Assembly: GCA_964397565.1 (NCBI GenBank)
Contig: CAYNJC010000025.1
Coordinates: 84 to 64,083, forward strand
Reading direction: 5' to 3'
Source: an uncultured bacterium
GTDB lineage: Bacteria > Auribacterota > UBA3054 > JAPLST01
Length of the DNA stretch: 64,000 bases
Both the position numbers and the translations under genes were made by a program. The notes below the pieces were generated by a model. That model did no database searches. It saw only the letters and a list, made by a program, of their open reading frames with translations, and had not been told where the DNA came from. Below are positions 46,748-54,747 of this stretch, in pieces; position 1 is the first letter of the stretch; each line of letters opens with the position of its first letter.

Positions 46748-49700
46748 ATGCGGACTATTCCAATTTGGTTTGCGTTCTTTGCCGCGCTTATTTCGGCACC
46801 TGCGTATGCCAATGCGCTGACGACCGGTCTTTGGTCAACCCACACACAATCCGCCACCCTGCGCGCGGATCTGCTGCTCACCAACCAAGGTCATTTCATC
46901 TGGGCCACTAGCCCGGTGGCGCCACGCAAGCTGGTGGTCGTTGTTTTGGATGGCTATCGGGCCAATAGCGTGTTGCTGTCCGACTCGCCCGGCGTCGTCT
47001 ACAGAGACCCGGAAGACATGGCGCGCGAATACATGCGCGACATGTTCATCAGCAGCCACGGGCACGTGCGCTATGACGCCATCGAGGTGATTGTCAGCTC
47101 CAATGTGCCGACCCGCAAGCTCGGCGCGGCGGAAGGCAGCGTCTACACCAATTTTACGATTGACGCCTACTACGACCGCTGCGTCGACAATCCCACCCAC
47201 GGGCCGCTGACGGTGGACAACGACGGCTCGACTATGGACGCCACCTGCATCACGTCCATGCTGCACCGCCTCGCCATGCGCAGTGGCATCTCGCTGTTTA
47301 CCGCCGCCACGAACGCCGCGGTCCATGAAATTCTCTACTTCGGGCCACACAAAGCCTATCAATGGGAAGCCAGCATGTGTGGCGCCCGTCCGCTCTCGAT
47401 CAACGGCGCGACTGCCACGATTCCCAACAGTCCGCATTTCGTGATCCTGGCCTGCAACACGGGCCGCGGGATTGCGGAGATGATTCACAACAACTTCCAT
47501 CGCTGGGAAAATGTCGCGCCCAACATGTACGCTAATGCGAAATCGGTTGGCTGGAAATACGAATGGTCCTACAAGTGGGACACCACCACGCCCGCGCCCT
47601 ACACCGAACTGCAGCGACAGACATTGTTCACCGACAAGTATAATGCGTGGGAACAGTTCTCCGCCCTCTATCTTGCGCTGCACACGAACATCAACAGTGT
47701 CGGCCAGACACTGGCGGGCATCGGCGATTGCCATTACCCGGTAAATGTGCAGGCCAAGGTCGATGGCGCTTATATTTATAACAGCCCACGTGCCGCCTAT
47801 TCCACGTACCGCTATTGGCGGCAACCGCGGCTTGTGTTGAATTACAACCGCGCGCCCGACCCACGCAATGGCTCGACTACCAATGTTTCATATCTGACAT
47901 GGCGTAACGAAGTGAAGTGGAGCCCCGCTTCTACTGATGACCAACGTTCCTTCATTAACTGGGCGTACTGTGCCATGCCGCACGGCCCAGGCCAACACAA
48001 GAACATCACGGCCCAGGAAGTCCCCGGCGAAACGCCCAACTATGTGCACAACAACTGGTGGGGCTACTTTTCCGATCATGACTATTTTCTCGAGCCCATC
48101 CGCGCGGTGCGCCGCGCCGGCCAGATGGTCAATAGTTTTGCCGAAGCGGCCTGGACCAACAGCACCCTGATTCCTATGACCAACCTGTGGGGCGAACTCG
48201 GGCTGCCGCGCACCGCGCATGATGTGCAGGTGGCCGCCAGCGGCTCGGGTGTTATTGGCGGCACGGGTGTTTTCTTTTGGGGCAGCAGTACGCTGCTCAC
48301 CGCGTCGCCCCCGGCGTATATGTGGATTCACAACACGGCCACCAATTTCTGCACCGACTGGTTCCCGCTGCTGGTGACGAACGCATCGCTCGTGCAGGTT
48401 GTGTTCCAACCCTATCCCGAGAATGCCATCACCAACCCGGCCTCCACCAGCATTACCATGCCGACCGCGGTGGAAACGTACGCGCTGGCCGGTGTCAATG
48501 CCAATGCGCTGGCGGCTTGGTGGACGAATCTCACCACCGGCGCGCACGGGCCGCTCGCGCTCGGCGGCTGGTCCACCACCGTTGCGCTGGTCAAAGGAAA
48601 AAACGTCATCGTGGTCTACGCGACCAATCAATGGTTCTCCACCAGCGCGGGTGTCGAGATTACGCGCCAATCACCCTTGTATGTGGCCAAGTGGGGAAAC
48701 GATGCCAATGGCGGGCGTTCATGGGCAAACGCAAAACTAACCGTCAACAGCGCCTTAACTGCCGCTATCGCCGGGGATATGATCTATGTCGGCACCGGCA
48801 CCTACAGCGGTGCCGGCAATCAAAACTTGAGTTGGTCGGGGCGCAACGGTGTGGCGCTGATTGGTGACAGCCCGGTCAGCACGGTCTTTGTGGTTTCCGG
48901 CGGCAACAATTTCATCAATGGCCTTGAAGGCAAAACCACGCCGACGTTGTTTGCCAGCTTCAAGGTGGACGGCAGCGCCAAGAGTGACGGGCTTGATGGC
49001 GGCGCCAGCTTGTTGTATGCCGGCGACAGCACCGCGCTGAATCTGATCTTCTCGAATCTCTGGCTGAAAGGACGTTATGACGGCAACCAGAGCACCGGCA
49101 GTGCCGGCACCGCCGGACAGGCCAACGGCTCCGGCATTGAACTGAACTGGTATGGCACGAGTGCCGCGTATGCGGGCGAAGTAACTGTGACGCACTGCTT
49201 GTTGGAGCGGTTGGGCCGCGCGTTCTATGCCGATGATGACAGCGGCTCATCGTGCTACACGGTGCGCTTCACGCGCTGTACGTTTGTCAACAACGCCGAT
49301 ACGCGCATGTCGCCGGCCGGCGACATGTCCACGATCTGGCTGCGCGGCAATAACACCGGCCGCTGGCTGATGATGGATCGCTGTGTGATGAGTCATTGCG
49401 CAGGTGACAATACCACCTCCGCAAAATCCGGCATGTATTGCCAGCCGAGCGCAGCGCGTGTCATCCACAACGACAATCTGTTGTACTCAAGCAGCATTGG
49501 TGTTGGCGAGAACAATGTGTATGGATCCGACATCAGCAAACACAGCGGGTATGCTGGAAATTCAGTGACGGTCGACCCGGCGTATGTGACCTACGACGGC
49601 CGGGATTACAGTCTGCAGGTGCTGGCCGGACAAGCCAAGCGCGGGTGGAGCATTGCGGAGGACACGACCCCGCCGACGATCGCTGACACTGCACTCCTGT

Positions 49701-50125
49701 ATCCTGCCGCGTTCAGCCTGGTCGAGCAGGGCATGCCCACCAATGTGCAGTGGAATCCGGCGCTGATCAACGATGACCATGATGGCAGCAATTGCTGGGT
49801 CGTGCAGTTCGATGTGTTGTATAGCAACACCCTGGCGATTGCTCAAGTCATTGCTGCGCCCGTCAGCAACACCGTCGGGCAGCATCCCTGGGTGCCGGCG
49901 GCGCTGGGGCACACCTACCCGGACGAGATGTTTGTGCTGCGCATCGTGGCGCAAGATTCTGCCGGCAACAGCGCCAGTAACATCATGTGGAACAATCGCT
50001 TCTACATCATGCCCGAGCCGGGCGTAGCGTTGCTTGCGGCGCTGCTGTCCCTTATGCTGCCGCGCTGTCGCACGTTTCGTGCACCTATGCGCCGCCGGGC
50101 ACGGAGTGCCGGAGCAACGGAGTAG
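46748..50125 (+). CDS. PEP-CTERM surface protein (unknown N-terminal region plus beta-helix module)
   Basis: Signal peptide IWFAFFAALISAPAYA. The ~600-aa N-terminal part is unrecognised. Module 48680-49651 is paralogous to 43838-44815. C-terminal MPEP-GVALLAALLSLMLP-RCR. Confidence 0.8.
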   Translation: MRTIPIWFAFFAALISAPAYANALTTGLWSTHTQSATLRADLLLTNQGHFIWATSPVAPRKLVVVVLDGYRANSVLLSDSPGVVYRDPEDMAREYMRDMFISSHGHVRYDAIEVIVSSNVPTRKLGAAEGSVYTNFTIDAYYDRCVDNPTHGPLTVDNDGSTMDATCITSMLHRLAMRSGISLFTAATNAAVHEILYFGPHKAYQWEASMCGARPLSINGATATIPNSPHFVILACNTGRGIAEMIHNNFHRWENVAPNMYANAKSVGWKYEWSYKWDTTTPAPYTELQRQTLFTDKYNAWEQFSALYLALHTNINSVGQTLAGIGDCHYPVNVQAKVDGAYIYNSPRAAYSTYRYWRQPRLVLNYNRAPDPRNGSTTNVSYLTWRNEVKWSPASTDDQRSFINWAYCAMPHGPGQHKNITAQEVPGETPNYVHNNWWGYFSDHDYFLEPIRAVRRAGQMVNSFAEAAWTNSTLIPMTNLWGELGLPRTAHDVQVAASGSGVIGGTGVFFWGSSTLLTASPPAYMWIHNTATNFCTDWFPLLVTNASLVQVVFQPYPENAITNPASTSITMPTAVETYALAGVNANALAAWWTNLTTGAHGPLALGGWSTTVALVKGKNVIVVYATNQWFSTSAGVEITRQSPLYVAKWGNDANGGRSWANAKLTVNSALTAAIAGDMIYVGTGTYSGAGNQNLSWSGRNGVALIGDSPVSTVFVVSGGNNFINGLEGKTTPTLFASFKVDGSAKSDGLDGGASLLYAGDSTALNLIFSNLWLKGRYDGNQSTGSAGTAGQANGSGIELNWYGTSAAYAGEVTVTHCLLERLGRAFYADDDSGSSCYTVRFTRCTFVNNADTRMSPAGDMSTIWLRGNNTGRWLMMDRCVMSHCAGDNTTSAKSGMYCQPSAARVIHNDNLLYSSSIGVGENNVYGSDISKHSGYAGNSVTVDPAYVTYDGRDYSLQVLAGQAKRGWSIAEDTTPPTIADTALLYPAAFSLVEQGMPTNVQWNPALINDDHDGSNCWVVQFDVLYSNTLAIAQVIAAPVSNTVGQHPWVPAALGHTYPDEMFVLRIVAQDSAGNSASNIMWNNRFYIMPEPGVALLAALLSLMLPRCRTFRAPMRRRARSAGATE

Positions 50126-50242
50126 CGGCGTCGCGGAGTGATGTATGGGAACAAGCGGCGCGGCACGCAGGTCGCTTCGAAGTGCTGCCCGCAATTCCGT
50201 TTGACATGGCGGCGGTTGAAGCGTACAATGTTGCCCAGCACC

Positions 50243-51082
50243 ATGACGCAGACCACGACCATAATCGCGCCGCCACGCCGCTGGCTTTCCTTCAACTGGC
50301 GCGAGTTGTGGCGCTATCGTGATTTGTTCATCGTCCTGGCGTGGCGCGATATCAGCGTGCGTTACAAACAGACCGTGTTCGGCGTGGCCTGGGCCGTGTT
50401 TCAGCCGATCAGCGCCATGGTCATCTTCACCTTCATCTTCAACCGCGTCGCCAAGATCGAGAGCGGCGACGGCACGCCCTATCCGGTCTTCTTGTACACC
50501 GGCTTGCTGCTGTGGCAGTACTTCGCCGGCATTCTTTCAAAGGCCAGCAATGCGTTGGTCGCCAATGCCTACCTGCTCCAAAAAGTTTATTTCCCACGCG
50601 TGATCATTCCGGCCACCACCGCCGCAACCGGGCTGGTGGAGCTGGGCATCGCCGCGATAGTGCTGGCTGGATTGATGCTGTGGTACGGCTGCGCGGTGCA
50701 CTGGCTCGGCCTGGCGCTGCTGCCGCTGTTACTATTGATCACGATGTCGGCAGCGCTCGGCTGCGGCTTGTTTTTGAGCGCCGTGCACATCAAGTATCGC
50801 GACGTCGGCCACGTGCTGCCGTTTCTGATCCAGCTTCTCATGTATGTGACGCCGGTGCTGTATCCGGTCAGCATGCTGGCGCGCTATCCGACCATTCGCG
50901 CGCTGATGCGCTGGCTCAATCCGATCGCGGCGGTCATCACCACTGCGCGCGCCGGCTTGCTCGGCCACGCGGCGGTGGACTGGTCCTCGCTGGGCATTGC
51001 CGCGGTCTCGGCGCTGGTGATGTTCGTCGGCGGGCTGTGCTATTTCCGCAACACGGAGCGCTACTTTGCAGACCTGGCATGA
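50243..51082 (+). CDS. wzm: ABC-2 type polysaccharide export permease
   Basis: WRELWRYRDLFIVLAWRDISVRYKQTVFGVAWAVFQP is typical of Wzm/TagG/KpsM permeases, with ~6 TM. Start uncertain (50228 or 50243). Confidence 0.8.
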   Translation: MTQTTTIIAPPRRWLSFNWRELWRYRDLFIVLAWRDISVRYKQTVFGVAWAVFQPISAMVIFTFIFNRVAKIESGDGTPYPVFLYTGLLLWQYFAGILSKASNALVANAYLLQKVYFPRVIIPATTAATGLVELGIAAIVLAGLMLWYGCAVHWLGLALLPLLLLITMSAALGCGLFLSAVHIKYRDVGHVLPFLIQLLMYVTPVLYPVSMLARYPTIRALMRWLNPIAAVITTARAGLLGHAAVDWSSLGIAAVSALVMFVGGLCYFRNTERYFADLA

Positions 51083-51132
51083 GCACCGGCGGCGCGGAGC
51101 GAGCCGTCAGTTTCTTTGTGGCACTGGTCCCC

Positions 51133-51159
51133 TTCAATGTTCAATGTTCAATGTTAATG
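51133..51159. repeat. Heptamer tandem repeat (TTCAATG x3 plus a degenerate copy)
   Basis: ttcaatg ttcaatg ttcaatg ttaatg, between the permease and ATPase genes. Confidence 0.9.
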
Positions 51160-51175
51160 TGAAACCTAGTTAAGC

Positions 51176-52474
51176 ATGCCCTCCCCCGCCATTACCGTCT
51201 CCGGTCTCAGCAAAGTGTATCGCATTGGTGCACCGCGCGAACCGTATTTGACATTGCGCGACAGCGTCGCCGGCGCAGCCACACAGGTCATGCGGCAGGT
51301 TGCGCGCCTGGCGACGGGCGCGGCGCGCGGCGCACGCGACGGCGAAGAGTTGTGGGCGCTCACGAATGTCAGTTTCGAAGTCAACCAGGGCGAATGCTTC
51401 GGCATCATTGGCCGCAATGGCGCGGGCAAGACGACTTTGCTGAAGATTCTCAGCCAGATCACTCCGCCAACAGCCGGGCGGATCATTTGTCGCGGCCGCG
51501 TCGCCAGTCTGCTGGGTGTCGGCACAGGCTTTCATCCCGAACTGACCGGGCGCGAGAATATTTTTCTGAACGGCACGATTCTGGGCATGACGCGCGCCGA
51601 GGTGCGGCGGAAGTTTGACGAAATTGTCGCCTTTGCCGAGATCGAGCGCTTCCTGGAGACGCCCGTCAAGCGCTACTCGAGCGGCATGTATGTGCGCCTG
51701 GCATTTGCCGTTGCGGCCCATCTCGAGCCGGAGATTTTGGTGGTAGACGAAGTACTGGCGGTGGGCGACACGGCCTTTCAGAAGAAGTGTCTGGGCAAAA
51801 TGGAAGCTGTCGCCAGTCATGGGCGCACGGTGTTGTTTGTCAGCCACAACATGGCGGTCATTGCGGCGTTATGCAAGCAAGCGGTTCTGTTGGAGAGCGG
51901 CCGCGTGGCCGCAGCGGGCCGCGCGGACGACGTGGTGCGCGCGTATCTGACCACGGCGGCGGCCGAAGGTACGTCGGCGCAAGCGTACCAGACGATCGCG
52001 CCGGTAGAGCATGACGCGGCGTGGGGCGGCACCAGCCGCATTGCGTTTCGCTCGATCCGACTGGTGAATAATGCCTATCCGACCTTCACGGTGCACTGGA
52101 AGGAACCGATCACGCTCGAAGTCGAGTTTGCAGTGCAACAGCCGGCGCGCAATGTCGTGTTCTCCCTAACGGTCTCCACGCTCGAGGGCGTTGGCATATT
52201 TCGCGTGCACAGCAATGATGCAGGCGGGCGCTTGTTCTCCTTCGAGCCGGGCAGTCACCGGATCAGCTTGGTGGTCGAGAATGCGCTGCAAGCCGGCAAT
52301 TACGTTGTGGCGCTGGACGGCACCACGGCGGTGGGCAACGTGCCGCTCGCTCGCGTTGCAAGAGCGGCGGGGCTGGAAGTGTTGGATGTCGCGTTGGGCG
52401 AGGAACTCTCGCCGCAGCGCGGCGGGCATTTGGTTAACGGCGCGGCCTTGTGGTCGGAGCCGGTGCGGTGCTGA
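51176..52474 (+). CDS. wzt: Polysaccharide ABC exporter ATP-binding protein with Wzt-like C-terminal domain
   Basis: Walker A GRNGAGKTT, signature YSSGMYVRL, Walker B ILVVDE, plus a ~170-aa beta-rich C-terminal extension. Confidence 0.82.
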   Translation: MPSPAITVSGLSKVYRIGAPREPYLTLRDSVAGAATQVMRQVARLATGAARGARDGEELWALTNVSFEVNQGECFGIIGRNGAGKTTLLKILSQITPPTAGRIICRGRVASLLGVGTGFHPELTGRENIFLNGTILGMTRAEVRRKFDEIVAFAEIERFLETPVKRYSSGMYVRLAFAVAAHLEPEILVVDEVLAVGDTAFQKKCLGKMEAVASHGRTVLFVSHNMAVIAALCKQAVLLESGRVAAAGRADDVVRAYLTTAAAEGTSAQAYQTIAPVEHDAAWGGTSRIAFRSIRLVNNAYPTFTVHWKEPITLEVEFAVQQPARNVVFSLTVSTLEGVGIFRVHSNDAGGRLFSFEPGSHRISLVVENALQAGNYVVALDGTTAVGNVPLARVARAAGLEVLDVALGEELSPQRGGHLVNGAALWSEPVRC

Positions 52475-52620
52475 GCCGAAAACCGAAAACTGCTGCCGCA
52501 ACCGCACTCCTTTCTCTCACAAAGGCACAAAGCCACGAAGGATGTTGCATGGTAAACAGTAATCAGTGATCGGTGATTGAAGTGTGGAATAATGGCGGGC
52601 TGGAAGTATCAATGCTGATT

Positions 52621-52719
52621 ACTGAAAACTGAAAACCGAAAATCTCGCCGCCGGCGGGACTCCAAGCAGCTGAAAACCGCTGCCCGCACGCCACGCGCTC
52701 CGCGCGGGGCATGCAGTTG
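52621..52719. repeat. Mosaic intergenic repeat, second copy
   Basis: actgaaaactgaaaaccgaaaatctcgccgccggcgggactccaagcagctgaaaaccgctgc ... catgcagttg, related to 35511-35624. Confidence 0.75.
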
Positions 52720-52873
52720 CTGCCATTCTTCTCACAAAGACACCACGGCACAAAGAAGCGACACGCATAGTTGCCGTTTGCAATCGACATTTTATGTCGT
52801 TTGCATCGCCGGTTGTAGCCACGCCGCCCGGCGTGGATGCTGCCGCTGCCACTTATCCCTTATTCATTCCTTA

Positions 52874-53096
52874 TTACTAATGAGAGCGCTTTCTACTTTG
52901 CAGCGTCCTTGTAGCCGCCCGCGGTGAGGGCGGCTTATGCAGCCGCGGTCATCCGCGCCGTTGACGGGATCGCCGCCGGTGGCGGGATCCCCGCCTTTGA
53001 CGGGACTAGGCTGGTGCCTTAGCTAGCCAGGCCAGCTCCAAGCAGGCGCCCGCGGCCACAACTGGCATGACAACAAGTAAGTGCTTTCATTAGTAA
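52874..53096 (+). mobile_element. MITE-like repeat, copy D (long form with 94-bp nested insert at 52954-53047)
   Basis: TTACTAATGAGAGCGCTTTCTAC ... AGTAAGTGCTTTCATTAGTAA. By my reading the insert is identical to the one in copy A. Confidence 0.85.
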
Positions 53097-53248
53097 TTCT
53101 CGCGCCGCGCGAGAATTATGCGGCAGCGATTGTATCCGCAGACGGCGCCGATGCCACCGATGTTTTAATGGCAACAAATTACCATTGTGCGCCGAAGCCA
53201 TTAAGAAAGCCGCGCATGCAACCTTACATTATTTCGCCGCGAAAGAAT

Positions 53249-53662
53249 TTATCGTCGTTTCTTCACCGTGCTGCGTGGCTGGCGGCGTGGATGATACTCG
53301 CCCGGACCATCGGCGGCAATAGACGCGGCTGGCACGCCGACAGGATACACCGACACACCTTCCCGACGCGCGACCATGAGGAGCGGCTGCCACGCTTGCT
53401 CCGCATATTGCCGCACGCCAACGCCAATGGGTTCGATGCGCGTGTCCACGCGCCAGACCATGTGCCACAGCGTGTCCAACGCAGCTTCACGGTCCTTGCC
53501 GTCGAACGCAGGCGAAACCACCACCAGATCAATATCGCTTTCCGGCCGCTGGCATCCGCGCGCACACGAACCGAAGATGACGCCCCGGTCAACCACAATG
53601 CCGGCTTCCGCGACTTTCGCCAGATACTTCCGCACCACGCTCACAATTGCATCATCAACCAT
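53249..53662 (-). CDS. Nucleotidyltransferase-domain protein (MNT-type antitoxin candidate)
   Basis: VIFGSCARGCQRPESDIDLVVVS matches the GSxxRG ... DxD minimal nucleotidyltransferase motif. Confidence 0.8.
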   Translation of the reverse strand: MVDDAIVSVVRKYLAKVAEAGIVVDRGVIFGSCARGCQRPESDIDLVVVSPAFDGKDREAALDTLWHMVWRVDTRIEPIGVGVRQYAEQAWQPLLMVARREGVSVYPVGVPAASIAADGPGEYHPRRQPRSTVKKRR

Positions 53663-54036
53663 CTGAAAACCTCCTTCGCCCTCTTCACGCGCGCCTGTGC
53701 CGAACGAATTGGCACCGGTTGATTCTTTTCGTCAGGATAACGTCCCGCAATATTGAAGCGACCGGTTTCGCCCAGAACGTCTCGCATCCCGGCACTAATC
53801 GTCAGTCCGCTCAGTTCAGCCAAGCGGGTGAGCGAATGGATCTTGGGCGCAACGTCCTTTGTGGCGCGCGTCACATGCGCCTTGAGGACTTTTTCAAGCG
53901 CCAGATGGATGAAGAACAAGCCCTGACGCCCGTGCCCGCTGCGCACCAGCACTTCGCCGCTCGCCAAATCCTCAACGGCGTTGGCGCGCCAGTACCCGAC
54001 CTGCCGCTCAATGTCTTGTGCGCTTATCATATACAT
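53641..54036 (-). CDS. HEPN-domain protein (toxin candidate)
   Basis: HEPN-like helices (FFIHLALEKVLKAHV ... NIAGRYPDE). Overlaps the downstream MNT gene by 22 nt. Confidence 0.7.
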   Translation of the reverse strand: MYMISAQDIERQVGYWRANAVEDLASGEVLVRSGHGRQGLFFIHLALEKVLKAHVTRATKDVAPKIHSLTRLAELSGLTISAGMRDVLGETGRFNIAGRYPDEKNQPVPIRSAQARVKRAKEVFRWLMMQL

Positions 54037-54040
54037 GCTG

Positions 54041-54317
54041 ATCTATCATGTCATATCATGTCGTTTCTGTCAAGCATGTAAAGTACCGCGCCTATAATGG
54101 GCGCACTTCACCTTTGCCGGTCTTGCCTAACCGGGCGCTGCAAAAGGCACGCATAATGTTGTCACAGTCCGCAATCGCTTCCATGAGGTTCCCAATCCGT
54201 TTCATATTTTTCGACAGGATTTACATGATTAAACATGATTGAATCCTGCACTAATTAAGATTCTTGTTTGTGTTCGGCGCTTTTCTCATCATGTAACATC
54301 ATGTCAATCCTGTCAAG
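54041..54317. repeat. Three copies of a ~32-bp unit (TTGACAGGATTGACATGATGTTACATGATG-like)
   Basis: Unit at 54041-54074 (minus sense), 54211-54241 (plus sense) and 54286-54317 (minus sense). Each has a TTGACA-like box followed by two ACATGAT half-sites. Confidence 0.65.
54092..54205 (-). pseudogene. N-terminal fragment resembling a bacterial reverse transcriptase (RNA-directed DNA polymerase)
   Basis: The 37 codons MKRIGNLMEAIADCDNIMRAFCSARLGKTGKGEVRPL* match, from memory, the MKRxGNL(W/Y)ExI ... N(L/I)xxA(F/Y)xxARxGK start of many stand-alone bacterial RTs. No RT domain follows. Confidence 0.35.
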
Positions 54318-54463
54318 AAAACTGTGCTCCAAAAAGAATGTTCGCCCGAACTGACGAATTCACGCTGCACCGTCAACACCCGGTGCGTCGCGAGAAATGC
54401 ATTCAACTCGCGCTCGGTTTCACCGACGTTTTTAATCGGTATGACGAAGAAACTCTATTTCAT
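54299..54463 (-). pseudogene. Small ORF interrupted by an in-frame TAG at codon 3
   Basis: ATG AAA TAG then SFFVIPIKNVGETERELNAFLATHRVLTVQREFVSSGEHSFWSTVFLTGLT*. Looks like a real small protein. No alternative start codon follows the TAG. Confidence 0.3.
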
Positions 54464-54747
54464 ACAATTACTCAACTCTTGCAGCCCATGCCTGCCACGG
54501 CAACATCGGCGTCGCGCCGAGGGGAACGCGGCACACCCGTGCCGCTGATGGTCGGCGGGATTTCCATATCCCGCAAGTACACCAGGAGCTGCGATCTGGA
54601 GATCGCACCTACCTTCGGCCGATCTGGAGATCGGCGTTCCCGGCGCGACGCGGCGTGCCGCCGCGCCGCCAGAACCAGAACCAGACCGCAGGGCGCCCGG
54701 CAGGTGCGGCTCCGCGCGCACCTGCCAGCACCCTGCTCACGCTAACC

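Noticed and set aside
14391-53096. Repeated palindromic elements as a possible CRISPR array.
   Set aside because: The copies are kilobases apart, are not separated by uniform spacers, differ in length, and no cas genes are present.
53081-53722. 213-aa plus-strand ORF over the MNT/HEPN genes, and the 54239-54745(+) 168-aa ORF.
   Set aside because: The first runs antisense to genes with clear MNT and HEPN motifs. The second is Arg-rich, crosses repeat units, and has no start context.
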